DNA from: Candidatus Bathyarchaeota archaeon
Lineage (GTDB): Archaea; Thermoproteota; Bathyarchaeia; TCS64
DNA: 64,000 bases
Reading direction: 5' to 3'
Assembly (NCBI GenBank): GCA_016783455.1
Contig: JADHWN010000006.1
Coordinates: 6,142-70,141, forward strand
The notes under the pieces are model-generated. The model saw only the letters and a list, made by a program, of their open reading frames with translations, ran no database searches and was not told the origin of the DNA. This document shows, piece after piece, positions 52,755-61,557 of the stretch; the first letter of the stretch is position 1, and every line of letters begins with the position of its first letter. A program made the translations under genes and the position numbers.

Positions 52755-53774
52755 TCAACTTCTCCTAAAGATTATCCTGAGGAGCTGGGCTATGCCCCCC
52801 ATAGTGAAGAAAAATCCTCGCGCCACGTCCAGGATGGGGTAGAGGATGAGCTTCCTCAGGCTGCGGCTCTTTATGGCTATCCCCAGGTAGAAGGAGATGA
52901 GCACCATGAACCCGAAGGTGTAGAAGCCGATGCCGAAGCTGAGGGGAAGCATCTTGGGCCAGTACAAGCTGGTCCAGATGAGCAGTATGAAGAGGCTGAT
53001 GCCAAACGTGGATGTGAAGAGGTAGGTGCTGAACCAGTGGGCAAGCCTGCTGGAGCTCCTGTGGACTAGGAGGAGGGAGCCCCCCCGCCCGTAGTTGTAG
53101 TGCTGCTTCAGGAGCTCCCTCAGGTCCGTCCTGTGCTGATGGAAGACCCTCACGTCGGTGTCAAGGACGAGGCTGAAGCCCCTGTCGCTGAGCTTCTCCA
53201 CGGGGAAGAGGTCGTCGAAGCCGTGGTCGATCCTTTCGTCGAAGAAGTCTATCTTCTCCATGGCTTTACGCCTGAAAGCCATGTTGCAGCCCGCGGGGAA
53301 GTTGAAGAGGTACAGCTCGTTGACCTTGTGCCTCCCGCTGAAACTGGGCTTGACCTGGAAGAAGGTCTCATCCATGTAGGTGGAGATGAAGTCCGTCTCG
53401 TCGTATCCCATCACCATCCCCCCGACGAAGCTGACTCCCGGCTCCCTGAAGTTCCTCGCGATACCCTTAGCCCATTCAGGGGGGACGACGCAGTCACCGT
53501 CCGTGTAGGCCAGTATCTCCCCCTTCGAATGCCTGATCCCGGTGTTCCTGGCGGCATTGAGCCCCCTCCCCTCCTCGTCGACAAGCTTCACGGGATACTC
53601 CCCTATGATCTGCCTGGTGTCGTCGGTCGAGTTCCCGTCGACGAAGACGATCTCAAGTTTTTCCTCGTCGTAGTCCAGCTTCATCAGGGAGTCTAGGAGG
53701 TCCCTCACCGTCCTGGCCATGTTCCTGACTGGCACAATAACCGCAATGGAGGGGTCATCAGAGGAGTCGGCCAT
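52755..53774 (-). CDS. Family 2 glycosyltransferase with C-terminal transmembrane region
   Basis: VIVPVRNMARTV..FVDGNSTDDT..TDGD. The C-terminal third is hydrophobic. Confidence 0.82.
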   Translation of the reverse strand: MADSSDDPSIAVIVPVRNMARTVRDLLDSLMKLDYDEEKLEIVFVDGNSTDDTRQIIGEYPVKLVDEEGRGLNAARNTGIRHSKGEILAYTDGDCVVPPEWAKGIARNFREPGVSFVGGMVMGYDETDFISTYMDETFFQVKPSFSGRHKVNELYLFNFPAGCNMAFRRKAMEKIDFFDERIDHGFDDLFPVEKLSDRGFSLVLDTDVRVFHQHRTDLRELLKQHYNYGRGGSLLLVHRSSSRLAHWFSTYLFTSTFGISLFILLIWTSLYWPKMLPLSFGIGFYTFGFMVLISFYLGIAIKSRSLRKLILYPILDVARGFFFTMGGIAQLLRIIFRRS

Positions 53775-53830
53775 TCTATCCGCATTTCACAGTAGACTCA
53801 GTTTATTAATTAAACGTTTTACTCTTTGAA

Positions 53831-54712
53831 TCAAGTTTCGATAAACCGTATCTCCGGGTCCCCAGCGAGGGAGTACTCGTAGACCCCCCTGTTCTTATGG
53901 TATCGATTGGGATATAGCGTGGCCTCCTTTCTCAAGATGTGGGCCGTTATGGCGACGTGGAGGCGGTCAGTGTGCACCTGCCTCGCGTTTGCCACGGTTG
54001 AGATGAAATCGCCGAGGTCTCCCTTCTTGGAGATGTCATCAACAAGTGGAGCATCCGAGGACTCGATGATCTCTCTCCTCTTCTCCGGAGCTATAATGGA
54101 CTCCTTGTCCTTCCTGAAGCAGATGAGGTCATATGGCTCCCGCGCGGGCTTGATGAGGGTCCGCAGGTCCTCCGCGTCTAGGTATAGAGCCGTGTCCCCT
54201 GAGGTCTTGATGTCCACGTTGGGGCGCTGAGGCATCCCCAGTAGTAATTCGAGGCTTCTTCTTTCTCGGCAGAAGAGGGTCACAGAGCGGTCGTCCGTGA
54301 AGTGGCCCATGAGGTCAGTGGACTCGAACCAGTAGCTCTGGGGGGCGACGGCGACGGGCTGGCTGTGCCTCTTGAGTATCTGCTTCAGGAGGACGGGGCC
54401 GTACCATATGTCGTTCATGTAGCCTCCCCCCTCGAAGAGGATGAGGTCGGCGTCCTCGGGTATCTCCAGGAGCTGGAACCCCCTATCGAGGCCCAGCTTC
54501 CACGCGGCGATGTTGAGGACATACTTGAGCCCGCTGACGACGTCTCTGCTGTAGATCTCCTCCAGGTTCAGGCTCGTGTAATCTATTCCGTTCTCGTCAA
54601 GCTTCTTGTTGAGCCCCATGTGGATGAGGGTGTCTCCGTGGTTTCCGCCCGGGGTCACGGTGCAGAATTTCTCGTTTGAATGCTCTCTCAGGAACTCCTC
54701 GAAAGCATCCAT
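53831..54712 (-). CDS. Polysaccharide pyruvyl transferase-like protein
   Basis: GGNHGDTLI, FEGGGYM, LFCRERRSLELL, GDTALYL, VHTDRLHVAITAHIL. The layout matches PS_pyruv_trans as I recall it. Confidence 0.55.
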   Translation of the reverse strand: MDAFEEFLREHSNEKFCTVTPGGNHGDTLIHMGLNKKLDENGIDYTSLNLEEIYSRDVVSGLKYVLNIAAWKLGLDRGFQLLEIPEDADLILFEGGGYMNDIWYGPVLLKQILKRHSQPVAVAPQSYWFESTDLMGHFTDDRSVTLFCRERRSLELLLGMPQRPNVDIKTSGDTALYLDAEDLRTLIKPAREPYDLICFRKDKESIIAPEKRREIIESSDAPLVDDISKKGDLGDFISTVANARQVHTDRLHVAITAHILRKEATLYPNRYHKNRGVYEYSLAGDPEIRFIET

Positions 54713-54816
54713 ACCCTCCGCTCACCCGTCATAGGTTTGTCCTCTGGATATTTCGGTGTTGCCCTGATGGTCAACACATTTATGGGTATCGCGTTGATTT
54801 CAGTGGGGGGATTCTG

Positions 54817-55845
54817 GTGCTGCGCGGTAAAAGGGGCCTCCTTCTGACCTCTCTGGGGCTGGTCATCTTCATCGTCTACCTCGCCTACTCCAATCCCTTC
54901 CCCGTGCTCCTTGAGGTGGGGCGCTTCGACCCAGTCATCTTCGCCCTGGCTGTGGTGATAAACTGGGTGGGTCTCTTCTTCTTCGCCTCCTCCTGGTACG
55001 TTCTACTCCACGCCCTGGGTGTGGGCGTGAGCATCTGGGAGGCGGTGAAGGCGATGTTCGTCAGCCTCTTCGTTGTCTGGATGGTGCCCATCCCCGTGGG
55101 GACGGAGATCATCCGGGCCTACATGGTGAAGGACGAGGAGGGCTCTGACCTCGGGAAGGCCGTCTCCTCGGTGGTGGTCCACAAGGCCTACTACAACATC
55201 GCCTTCGGTTTCCTTATCGGCCTGGGGGTTGTCATGGTGAGCCTCTTCCGGGGTGCGTCCATCCCGGTGAGACCTGAGCTCGTCTGGTTCGTCATCGTAT
55301 TCGCCGTGGTCTCCAGCCTCCTATACGGCCTCATCCTGAACCCCGCGCTCCTCAAGAGCGTCTACTCCCGGAGCCCCGCCTGGGCGCAGAGGAACGTCTT
55401 CGACAGGGTCTACGACCCGGGGAAGGGGGGAGGGGGCTTTCTGGAGGCCATAGATGAGATAGAGTCGGCGATGCAGACGCTGATGAGTAGGCCCCTCAAC
55501 AACCTGGCTTCCCTCCTCATGGTCGCATTCCACTGGAGCACGGGGGCCCTGACGGCGTACCTGGTCTCCCTGTCGATGGGGTGGCACATCGACTTCTGGG
55601 TGGTCATCCTCATCTACGCCGTCATCGAGTTCATCCAGCAGCTGAACGTCCTCATCCCGGGAGGTCTCGGGGTGATAGATGCGAGCCTGACCGGGGCCTT
55701 CGTCATCCTGGGGATGCCCCTCTCCGTCGCCTCGGCCATCTCCCTGCTGACGCGGTTGGCCACCTACTGGTTCGAGCTTCTCCTGTGCGGTGCGGTCACG
55801 TTCATGTTCGGCTACGGGGAGACGTTGAAGGAGTACCTGGAGTAG
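54817..55845 (+). CDS. Flippase-like / LPG-synthase-TM (UPF0104) family membrane protein
   Basis: Basic N-terminus followed by about 8 TM helices, with LIPGGLGVIDASL near the C-terminus. The start is uncertain. GTG 54817 is chosen because the track ORF start overlaps the divergent upstream gene. Confidence 0.6.
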   Translation: MLRGKRGLLLTSLGLVIFIVYLAYSNPFPVLLEVGRFDPVIFALAVVINWVGLFFFASSWYVLLHALGVGVSIWEAVKAMFVSLFVVWMVPIPVGTEIIRAYMVKDEEGSDLGKAVSSVVVHKAYYNIAFGFLIGLGVVMVSLFRGASIPVRPELVWFVIVFAVVSSLLYGLILNPALLKSVYSRSPAWAQRNVFDRVYDPGKGGGGFLEAIDEIESAMQTLMSRPLNNLASLLMVAFHWSTGALTAYLVSLSMGWHIDFWVVILIYAVIEFIQQLNVLIPGGLGVIDASLTGAFVILGMPLSVASAISLLTRLATYWFELLLCGAVTFMFGYGETLKEYLE

Positions 55846-55859
55846 CGGGGCTCCCAGTA

Positions 55860-55908
55860 TCTCTAGCGATGTGCTTATATATCACTAGCGTAATGATATC
55901 GCTAGAGA
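55860..55908. repeat. Perfect 11-nt inverted repeat TCTCTAGCGAT...ATCGCTAGAGA with a 27-nt spacer containing CTTATATATC
   Basis: Arms at 55860-55870 and 55898-55908. A third partial copy, CACTAGCG, lies in the spacer. Sits 18 nt upstream of the ATG at 55926. Confidence 0.7.
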
Positions 55909-55925
55909 CTAAAAGGGTGAATGAG

Positions 55926-56177
55926 ATGGAATGGTGGATTAGCGTCCTGATGGCCATAGGCGGCTACCTCCTGGGCATGGCCTTCGCCGGGAGCTTCATC
56001 GGCAGGAAGTGGATGGGGACCGTCGACGTCTTCCTCCACAAGGTCTTCAAGAAGGAGGTGACCACGAGCAAGTACCTCGTCTGGAAGCACTTCTACTGCA
56101 TAGACGACCCCCCGAAGCCCAAGAACCTGGTCTACCCCAACAAGCTCGTGGACATAGTCCTCTCCAAGCTGGTCTGA
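55926..56177 (+). CDS. Small membrane protein (83 aa), unknown function
   Basis: MEWWISVLMAIGGYLLGMAFAGSFIG TM helix, then a basic soluble tail. This is the 3' part of track ORF 55581-56177, whose 5' part is an alternative frame of the flippase-like gene. Confidence 0.45.
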   Translation: MEWWISVLMAIGGYLLGMAFAGSFIGRKWMGTVDVFLHKVFKKEVTTSKYLVWKHFYCIDDPPKPKNLVYPNKLVDIVLSKLV

Positions 56178-56234
56178 ACCGTCCCCCTCAGGGTGCTGCC
56201 CGCTCCCCTGGGGGCCCTGCTGCGCTCCATCGAG

Positions 56235-56244
56235 TTTTTTATAG
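56235..56244 (+). promoter_or_regulatory. TATA-like TTTTTTATAG upstream of Ntn-hydrolase gene 1
   Basis: 29-38 nt upstream of ATG 56273. An identical 10-mer lies upstream of gene 2. Confidence 0.45.
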
Positions 56245-56272
56245 TTCCGGTCAACAGGATATCTGAGGTCTT

Positions 56273-57211
56273 ATGGTCAAACCCTTTATCATCGGAACCC
56301 GGAACGCCAAGGACATGATCCACCTCGGGGCGGAGATCCTGAGGGAGGGCGGCTCGGCTATGGACGCCGTGGAGGCCGCAGTGAACGCCGTGGAGGACAA
56401 CCCCCTCGACGGGGGCGTCGGCGTTGGTGGCACACCCAACCTCCTCGGGGTGACCCAGCTTGACGCCTCCATAATGGACGGGAGGAACCGGAGGTCAGGA
56501 GCGGTTGCAGGCCTGGAGAACGTGGCACACGCCATCTCCGTCGCCCGCAAGGTCTTGGAGCTCACTCCCCACGACCTCCTCGTGGGCCCGGGGGCCGAGA
56601 TGTTCGCCAGGGCTGTCGGCATCGAGAAGTCGGACCTCTCCACGGAGAGGACCCGGAAGATCGCTGCAGCCATGAGGGCGGGTTCACCCGAGGGCATACT
56701 GGAGGACGAGAAGGAGAAAGAACGCTTCCTCCGCATGTGGCTTGAGGAGGGCCGCGGGGAGTGGTATGAGAAGATCTCCAAGGCGGACTGGGGCACTGTA
56801 AACATCATGGCCATGGACGCCAACGGTGACATGTGCGTCGGGGTCTCAACCAGCGGCCTCGGATACAAGCTTCCGGGGCGGGTCGGTGATTCCCCCTACA
56901 TCGGCGCCGGGAACTACTGTGACAACAGGTTCGGCTCCGCTGCGTGCACTGGGAAGGGTGAGCTGGCCATACGGCTGTCCTCGGCCCGGATGATCGTGAG
57001 CTACCTGGAGAACGGGCTGACACTCAGGGGGGCGGTGAGGAAGGCCCTCAAGGACGTCCACAGCCTCCAGGATGGAACGATAAGCTGCCTCGTCTTCGAT
57101 GGGGAGGGGAACACCATGTCGGGCTCCATGACAGGGGAGTCCATCCACTACTACATGGACGTCGACTCCGAGGGGCCCGAGGAGCGTAAGGGCGTCTGGG
57201 TGAAGCCTTAG
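56273..57211 (+). CDS. Ntn-hydrolase, asparaginase_2 family (glycosylasparaginase / isoaspartyl peptidase-like), copy 1
   Basis: GGSAMDAVEAAV..EDNP, GVGGTPN, DASIMDG, autoprocessing site DWGTVNIMAMD, GRVGDSPYIGAG, ACTGKGE. Confidence 0.82.
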   Translation: MVKPFIIGTRNAKDMIHLGAEILREGGSAMDAVEAAVNAVEDNPLDGGVGVGGTPNLLGVTQLDASIMDGRNRRSGAVAGLENVAHAISVARKVLELTPHDLLVGPGAEMFARAVGIEKSDLSTERTRKIAAAMRAGSPEGILEDEKEKERFLRMWLEEGRGEWYEKISKADWGTVNIMAMDANGDMCVGVSTSGLGYKLPGRVGDSPYIGAGNYCDNRFGSAACTGKGELAIRLSSARMIVSYLENGLTLRGAVRKALKDVHSLQDGTISCLVFDGEGNTMSGSMTGESIHYYMDVDSEGPEERKGVWVKP

Positions 57212-57257
57212 GGTCAAGAAGAGCGGAGAAACCGGAAGCTCCCCTTGAGGGAATATC

Positions 57258-57267
57258 TTTTTTATAG
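57258..57267 (+). promoter_or_regulatory. TATA-like TTTTTTATAG upstream of Ntn-hydrolase gene 2
   Basis: 31-40 nt upstream of ATG 57298. Same 10-mer as at 56235. Confidence 0.45.
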
Positions 57268-57297
57268 ATCATAGAGAGTTCGAGGCATGGGAACCTT

Positions 57298-58242
57298 ATG
57301 GTCAAATCTTTTCTCATCGGAACCCGGAACGCGAGCCCCCACCTTCATGAGGGGATAGAGGTCCTCAGGAAGGGAGGTTCCATAATGGACGCCGTCGAGA
57401 CTGCCGTGAGGGGCATAGAGGAGAGTACCGAGTCTGGTAACGTCGGTGTGGGTGGAGCCCCGACGATCCTGGGGGATGTTGAGCTTGACGCCTCTATAAT
57501 GGATGGTGCGACGCTTCGGACTGGCGCCGTGGCCTCGGTCTCCAAGTACGTTCATGTCATCTCCATCGCCCGGAAGGTGATGGAGGAGACCCCCCACGTC
57601 TTACTCGTCGGGGACGGGGCCCACCGCTTCGCCCGGGCCATGGGCTTCGAGGAGTGGGACCTCTCCACGGAGCGTACAAGGATGATCGGGGAGGCCATCG
57701 CCAAGGACATAGCAGAGGACCTGCCCGACGACTTCAGGGGCAAGGACTACTACGTCCAGGCCATCAAGAGCCAAAAGCTCCACGAGTGGTACAAGAGGCT
57801 CTCCAACGAGCAGTACGGCACCACCAACGTCATCGGCATGGACTCCGATGGGAATATCGTCGTTGGCGTCTCCACCAGCGGAATGAGCTGGAAGTACCCG
57901 GGGCGGGTCGGTGACTCCCCCATCATCGGTGCCGGCAACTACTGCGACAACAGGTACGGCGGCGTCGCCTGCACGGGGAAGGGGGAGCTGAGCATCAGAC
58001 TCCTCACCGCCAGGATGACGATCAAATACCTGGAGGAGGGTATGAGCCTTGAAGAGGCGATAACGAAGTCCTTCAACGAGATACACGGCCTCAAGGAGAC
58101 GGGAACCATGCAGTGCATCGCCGTGGACAAGGACGGGAACACGATTTCGGCCTCCTCGGCCAGGGAGTCCACTCACTGGTACATGGACGTCGACATGGAA
58201 GAGCCCGAGGAGCGCCCAGGAATCTGGGTGAAGGCTGATTAA
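57298..58242 (+). CDS. Ntn-hydrolase, asparaginase_2 family, copy 2
   Basis: Collinear paralog of copy 1 (GGSIMDAVETAV, GVGGAPT, DASIMDG, QYGTTNVIGMD, GRVGDSPIIGAG, ACTGKGE). The first ~40 nt of the two genes are nearly identical. Confidence 0.82.
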   Translation: MVKSFLIGTRNASPHLHEGIEVLRKGGSIMDAVETAVRGIEESTESGNVGVGGAPTILGDVELDASIMDGATLRTGAVASVSKYVHVISIARKVMEETPHVLLVGDGAHRFARAMGFEEWDLSTERTRMIGEAIAKDIAEDLPDDFRGKDYYVQAIKSQKLHEWYKRLSNEQYGTTNVIGMDSDGNIVVGVSTSGMSWKYPGRVGDSPIIGAGNYCDNRYGGVACTGKGELSIRLLTARMTIKYLEEGMSLEEAITKSFNEIHGLKETGTMQCIAVDKDGNTISASSARESTHWYMDVDMEEPEERPGIWVKAD

Positions 58243-58243
58243 C

Positions 58244-58672
58244 ATGGCTGAGCCCCCCTACGACCCCAACCTCATCACTTCCTCAGTCTACGGGAGCAGG
58301 CGCCCCGTCACAGGGGAGCTGGTCGCCCTCCTCCACATCACGTTCGAGGAGAGGGGCCTCGCGTTTATCCAGTCCCGCAGCCGGGCGCTCCTCAAAGGCG
58401 AGATCCACGAGCTGATGGTCACGGACGAGGAGGATGCAGCCCCCGGCGGGGGCGCGGACAGGGTCTCGGCCATCGCCTTCTTCGAGGTCGAGCAGGGGGG
58501 GCTGGCGGTCGTCGGGGACGAGGTCTCAGTGGGCGGAGCGGTCCTGGGGACCCTAGCTGGATTCGACGTGACCCACATGCCCAACCACATAAATGTGGTC
58601 GTGAAGAGGAATAGCCTGGATGTTCTCCCCCTCAGCGTGAGGGACCGGGTGGAGATACGCAGGAAGATATGA
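58244..58672 (+). CDS. Hypothetical 142-aa protein translationally coupled to Ntn-hydrolase copy 2
   Basis: The ATG is 1 nt after stop TAA (58240-58242). GC3-rich frame. No family recognised with confidence. Confidence 0.55.
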   Translation: MAEPPYDPNLITSSVYGSRRPVTGELVALLHITFEERGLAFIQSRSRALLKGEIHELMVTDEEDAAPGGGADRVSAIAFFEVEQGGLAVVGDEVSVGGAVLGTLAGFDVTHMPNHINVVVKRNSLDVLPLSVRDRVEIRRKI

Positions 58673-58676
58673 CGGG

Positions 58677-59525
58677 TCAGCCCTTGTCCGGGGCGCCAAT
58701 GCTGAACCTTCCCCTCTGGTCACCCATAACGGAACACTCCCCGTAGCACATCCTGAGGCTGCTGGGAAGGCCACTGAATTCGTGTTCGGTCAGGATCTCC
58801 ACGGAGGCCCTGTTCCCCTCGGGGACGCCGATCCATAGCCTCTCACCGGCCGTGGCGTCCATCATTTTCCGGAGGAGGTCCTCTGCCCGCTCGGCTCTGG
58901 AGGGCTCACATACCCAGGGGCCAATCCTGACGTTGCTCTCCCCCCTCTTCGCCATTATGTACCCCCTGACTACCCCCTCCTCGCATGCGACGAAGCAGTA
59001 CTCGGGGAAGTCCTCGAACACACGCCTCAGCATCCTCTCCCTATTGACGCCAAAGTATCTCGAATCGAGGTCCAGGACTCCCTCAAGATGAGACGCATTC
59101 ATTTCCTCGACGTCAGGCACATCGAAGGCCATGCCCAGGCCGCTGAACCTGAGGCTAGCATATTCAGCCCTGAATCCGAGCCGCTCGTAGAGGGGTATCG
59201 CTTTCTCGACGGAGTCGAGCCGTATCGAGGCAGCCCCGGAATCGGTGAGGTGCTCCATGGCCCTGCTCATGAGGGCGGCGCCTATCCCCTCTCCCCTGTG
59301 CCCCGGGTGGACCACGAGGTTCCCAATCCATCCCACAGAGCCGTATAGTGTGCTGTTCACCATTCCCACGTCGACCCCATCACGAGACGCTAGGAAGCAG
59401 CCCCCCGGCTCATAGTGGAGCATCCTCCGGAAGTCGGCTACGGTGTTCCCCCAGCCGGTGAGGCCTATGAGCTCAAGGAAGAACCCCTCGTCCTCGGGGA
59501 CCATGCGGCGGATCGACGTCGGCAT
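58677..59525 (-). CDS. GNAT acetyltransferase with a second (YitH-like) C-terminal domain
   Basis: IGNLVVHPGHRGEGIGAALMSRAMEHL core motif, 282 aa. Confidence 0.78.
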   Translation of the reverse strand: MPTSIRRMVPEDEGFFLELIGLTGWGNTVADFRRMLHYEPGGCFLASRDGVDVGMVNSTLYGSVGWIGNLVVHPGHRGEGIGAALMSRAMEHLTDSGAASIRLDSVEKAIPLYERLGFRAEYASLRFSGLGMAFDVPDVEEMNASHLEGVLDLDSRYFGVNRERMLRRVFEDFPEYCFVACEEGVVRGYIMAKRGESNVRIGPWVCEPSRAERAEDLLRKMMDATAGERLWIGVPEGNRASVEILTEHEFSGLPSSLRMCYGECSVMGDQRGRFSIGAPDKG

Positions 59526-59550
59526 TGTACACCTCCTGAGTTCATCTCAA

Positions 59551-60825
59551 CTAGTTGGATCCCCTTTTATCGATTCCGTCCGGGACGGTGATCAGGAGGC
59601 TGACAAAGGAGACCGAGAGGAGGACCCCCGAGAGGATGAGCCAGCCCGACCAATAGGAGTCCGTGGTGTCCTTGAGGAAGCCCAGGAAGAGGGGGAGCAC
59701 GAGGGCCCCCAGGGAGGCGAAGGTGTTCTGAACCCCCGAGATGCGCCCCGCGTTGTCCACGCCGTAGAGCTTGGGGAGGATCGCGAAGTTTGGGCTGCGG
59801 ACGAAGTTGATGAACCAGCCTATGAGGAGGACGGTGGCGTTGATCATGAGGGTGGAGCTCGCCCTGGCAAAGAGGTAGGTCGCCACGCAGAGCACGGCGA
59901 AGGAGACGGCGAGGACCTCCTTCTCCCCGAACCTGTCGGAGGCGATGCCCCCCAGGGGATTCGAGATCATCCCCGTCAGGTTGTACAGGGCGAAGACAGC
60001 ACCTGCGGCCACCAGTCCGAGGCCCAACTCCTCGGTCAGGATGAGGGGGAGCCACGCTATGAATGCGTAGTTGGACCCGAGGCGCACCATCTGGATCCAG
60101 GCAAGGGCCCAGAAGCTCCTAGTCCTGATGACCTCCGAGACGTTTGCGCTCCGTACGTGGGGCTGGGGCTCCACACGCCTGTCCCTCAGTGAGAGCAGTA
60201 TCACGGCGCTTGAGAGGATCCCGATGACTCCCGAGGCAGTCATGGCGCCCCTCCAACCTACGCTCAGGGAGGTGTAGGGGGTGAGCCACGAGGCGATGAC
60301 GAGGCCGATGCTCCCGCCTATGCTCATGACCCCAAGGGCGGTCCCCCTGGAGCCCGGTGAGAACCAGGCCGAGATGAGCTTCACCCCGGGGACGAAGACG
60401 CCGGCCCCTAAGAGGCCTGACAGGAACCTGGTGAGGAGTATCTGCCAGAACGACTGGGACATCCCGAAGAAGACAGTCGCGGAGGCTGTGCCTAGGATGC
60501 TCGCCGCCATCACCCTCCGGGGGCCGTGCCTATCCGCTAAGGTTCCCCAGGGGATCTGGCCGATGGTGTAGCCCGTGAAGTAGGCGGACATGAGGGCGCC
60601 GCTCATGGTGTAGCTCAGGCTCAGCTCCTCCTTGATGAGGGCCACCACTGTCGTGTAGGAGTTGTTCAGAACGTGGAGGAGGCAGAAGGCGATGAAGCCG
60701 CCAGCGAGTATCCTGAGGTTCCCGGACAGCTCACCCCTTTCAATTCCCACTCTCGCTCTGCCCCTTCTTCTCTGGATGTGAAACGCGGATGGTCTCAGCG
60801 AGCCCTTCAGATAAGGTTTATTCAT
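59551..60825 (-). CDS. MFS transporter
   Basis: 12-TM layout with GTLADRHGPRRV (MFS loop 2-3 motif). The start is ambiguous. ATG 60825 leaves only 21 nt to the divergent gene. GTG 60750 would free a TATA-like GGTTTATTCA for the flavodoxin gene. Confidence 0.8.
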   Translation of the reverse strand: MNKPYLKGSLRPSAFHIQRRRGRARVGIERGELSGNLRILAGGFIAFCLLHVLNNSYTTVVALIKEELSLSYTMSGALMSAYFTGYTIGQIPWGTLADRHGPRRVMAASILGTASATVFFGMSQSFWQILLTRFLSGLLGAGVFVPGVKLISAWFSPGSRGTALGVMSIGGSIGLVIASWLTPYTSLSVGWRGAMTASGVIGILSSAVILLSLRDRRVEPQPHVRSANVSEVIRTRSFWALAWIQMVRLGSNYAFIAWLPLILTEELGLGLVAAGAVFALYNLTGMISNPLGGIASDRFGEKEVLAVSFAVLCVATYLFARASSTLMINATVLLIGWFINFVRSPNFAILPKLYGVDNAGRISGVQNTFASLGALVLPLFLGFLKDTTDSYWSGWLILSGVLLSVSFVSLLITVPDGIDKRGSN

Positions 60826-60846
60826 GCGTTCTGCGTCTAGAACTCC

Positions 60847-61389
60847 ATGAAGTGTTTAGCGATCCAGTCCAGCCCCAATCTCGACGGGCTCACCGCGTCC
60901 CTGGCATCGGCTGTCCTGAAGGGATACGCTGAAGCCGGAGGGCAGGCCGAGCTCGTCAACCTCAACGAGAGGGACATCAAGACGTGCATCGCCTGCGAGA
61001 ACGGGTGGGGACAGTGCAGAAACGGAGACTGCATCCTCGAGGACGACTTCGAGGCCCTCAGGGGCATGATACGGGAGGCGGACGCCTTCGTCTTCGCAAC
61101 CCCTGTCTACTGGCACGACCTTAGCGAGTCAGCCAAGTCTTTCCTGGACCGCCTGCGGAGGTGTGAGACCTTCAGCGGCAGGGACACCTGCAGGGGGAAG
61201 AAGGCTATAGGCATCACCGCTGCGGGAGGCAGTGGCAACGGCGCCGCAAGCTCCCTCCTTAACCTGGAGGGCTACCTGAGGCGGGTGGGATTCGAAATAT
61301 TCGACCTCGTCCCAGTGACCAAGTTCTCGAAGGACCACAAGCTCCCCATGCTCAAGGCTGCTGGGGTGCGTATGGCGAGTCAGGAGTAG
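60847..61389 (+). CDS. Flavodoxin-like fold FMN reductase / iron-sulfur flavoprotein (Isf)-like
   Basis: MKCLAIQSSP.., compact Cys cluster CIACENGWGQCRNGDC, FATPVYWHDLS. Confidence 0.75.
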   Translation: MKCLAIQSSPNLDGLTASLASAVLKGYAEAGGQAELVNLNERDIKTCIACENGWGQCRNGDCILEDDFEALRGMIREADAFVFATPVYWHDLSESAKSFLDRLRRCETFSGRDTCRGKKAIGITAAGGSGNGAASSLLNLEGYLRRVGFEIFDLVPVTKFSKDHKLPMLKAAGVRMASQE

Positions 61390-61401
61390 GAGACACGGAG
61401 C

Positions 61402-61557
61402 CTAGCTGCGTTTCCTGAAGCTGACCCTTCCCTCTTCGCCTTCCACGGAGTAGAAGACGATCTCATCGTCCTCGGATAGGCTCAGGAGGTCCCGCACTTC
61501 CTGGGGCAGGGTCACCCTGAAGTTCTGACCTATCTTGGTTGAAGCTAGAACAGTCAT
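61402..61557 (-). CDS. AbrB/MazE/SpoVT-type DNA-binding domain protein (51 aa)
   Basis: Below the track cutoff: MTVLASTKIGQNFRVTLPQEVRDLLSLSEDDEIVFYSVEGEEGRVSFRKRS is the swapped-hairpin motif G..-.-vtlPkevR..l.l..gd.v.f. Confidence 0.65.
   Translation of the reverse strand: MTVLASTKIGQNFRVTLPQEVRDLLSLSEDDEIVFYSVEGEEGRVSFRKRS

Noticed and set aside
56251-58245. Long minus-strand ORFs (56251-56868, 56846-57217, 57601-58245) over the Ntn-hydrolase genes
   Set aside because: Antisense to two paralogous genes with conserved catalytic motifs. Typical P/S/A/R-rich shadow ORFs.
59443-60192. 249-aa plus-strand ORF over the MFS transporter gene
   Set aside because: Antisense to a 12-TM MFS protein. 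The translation is E/D/G/P/R-rich and non-globular.
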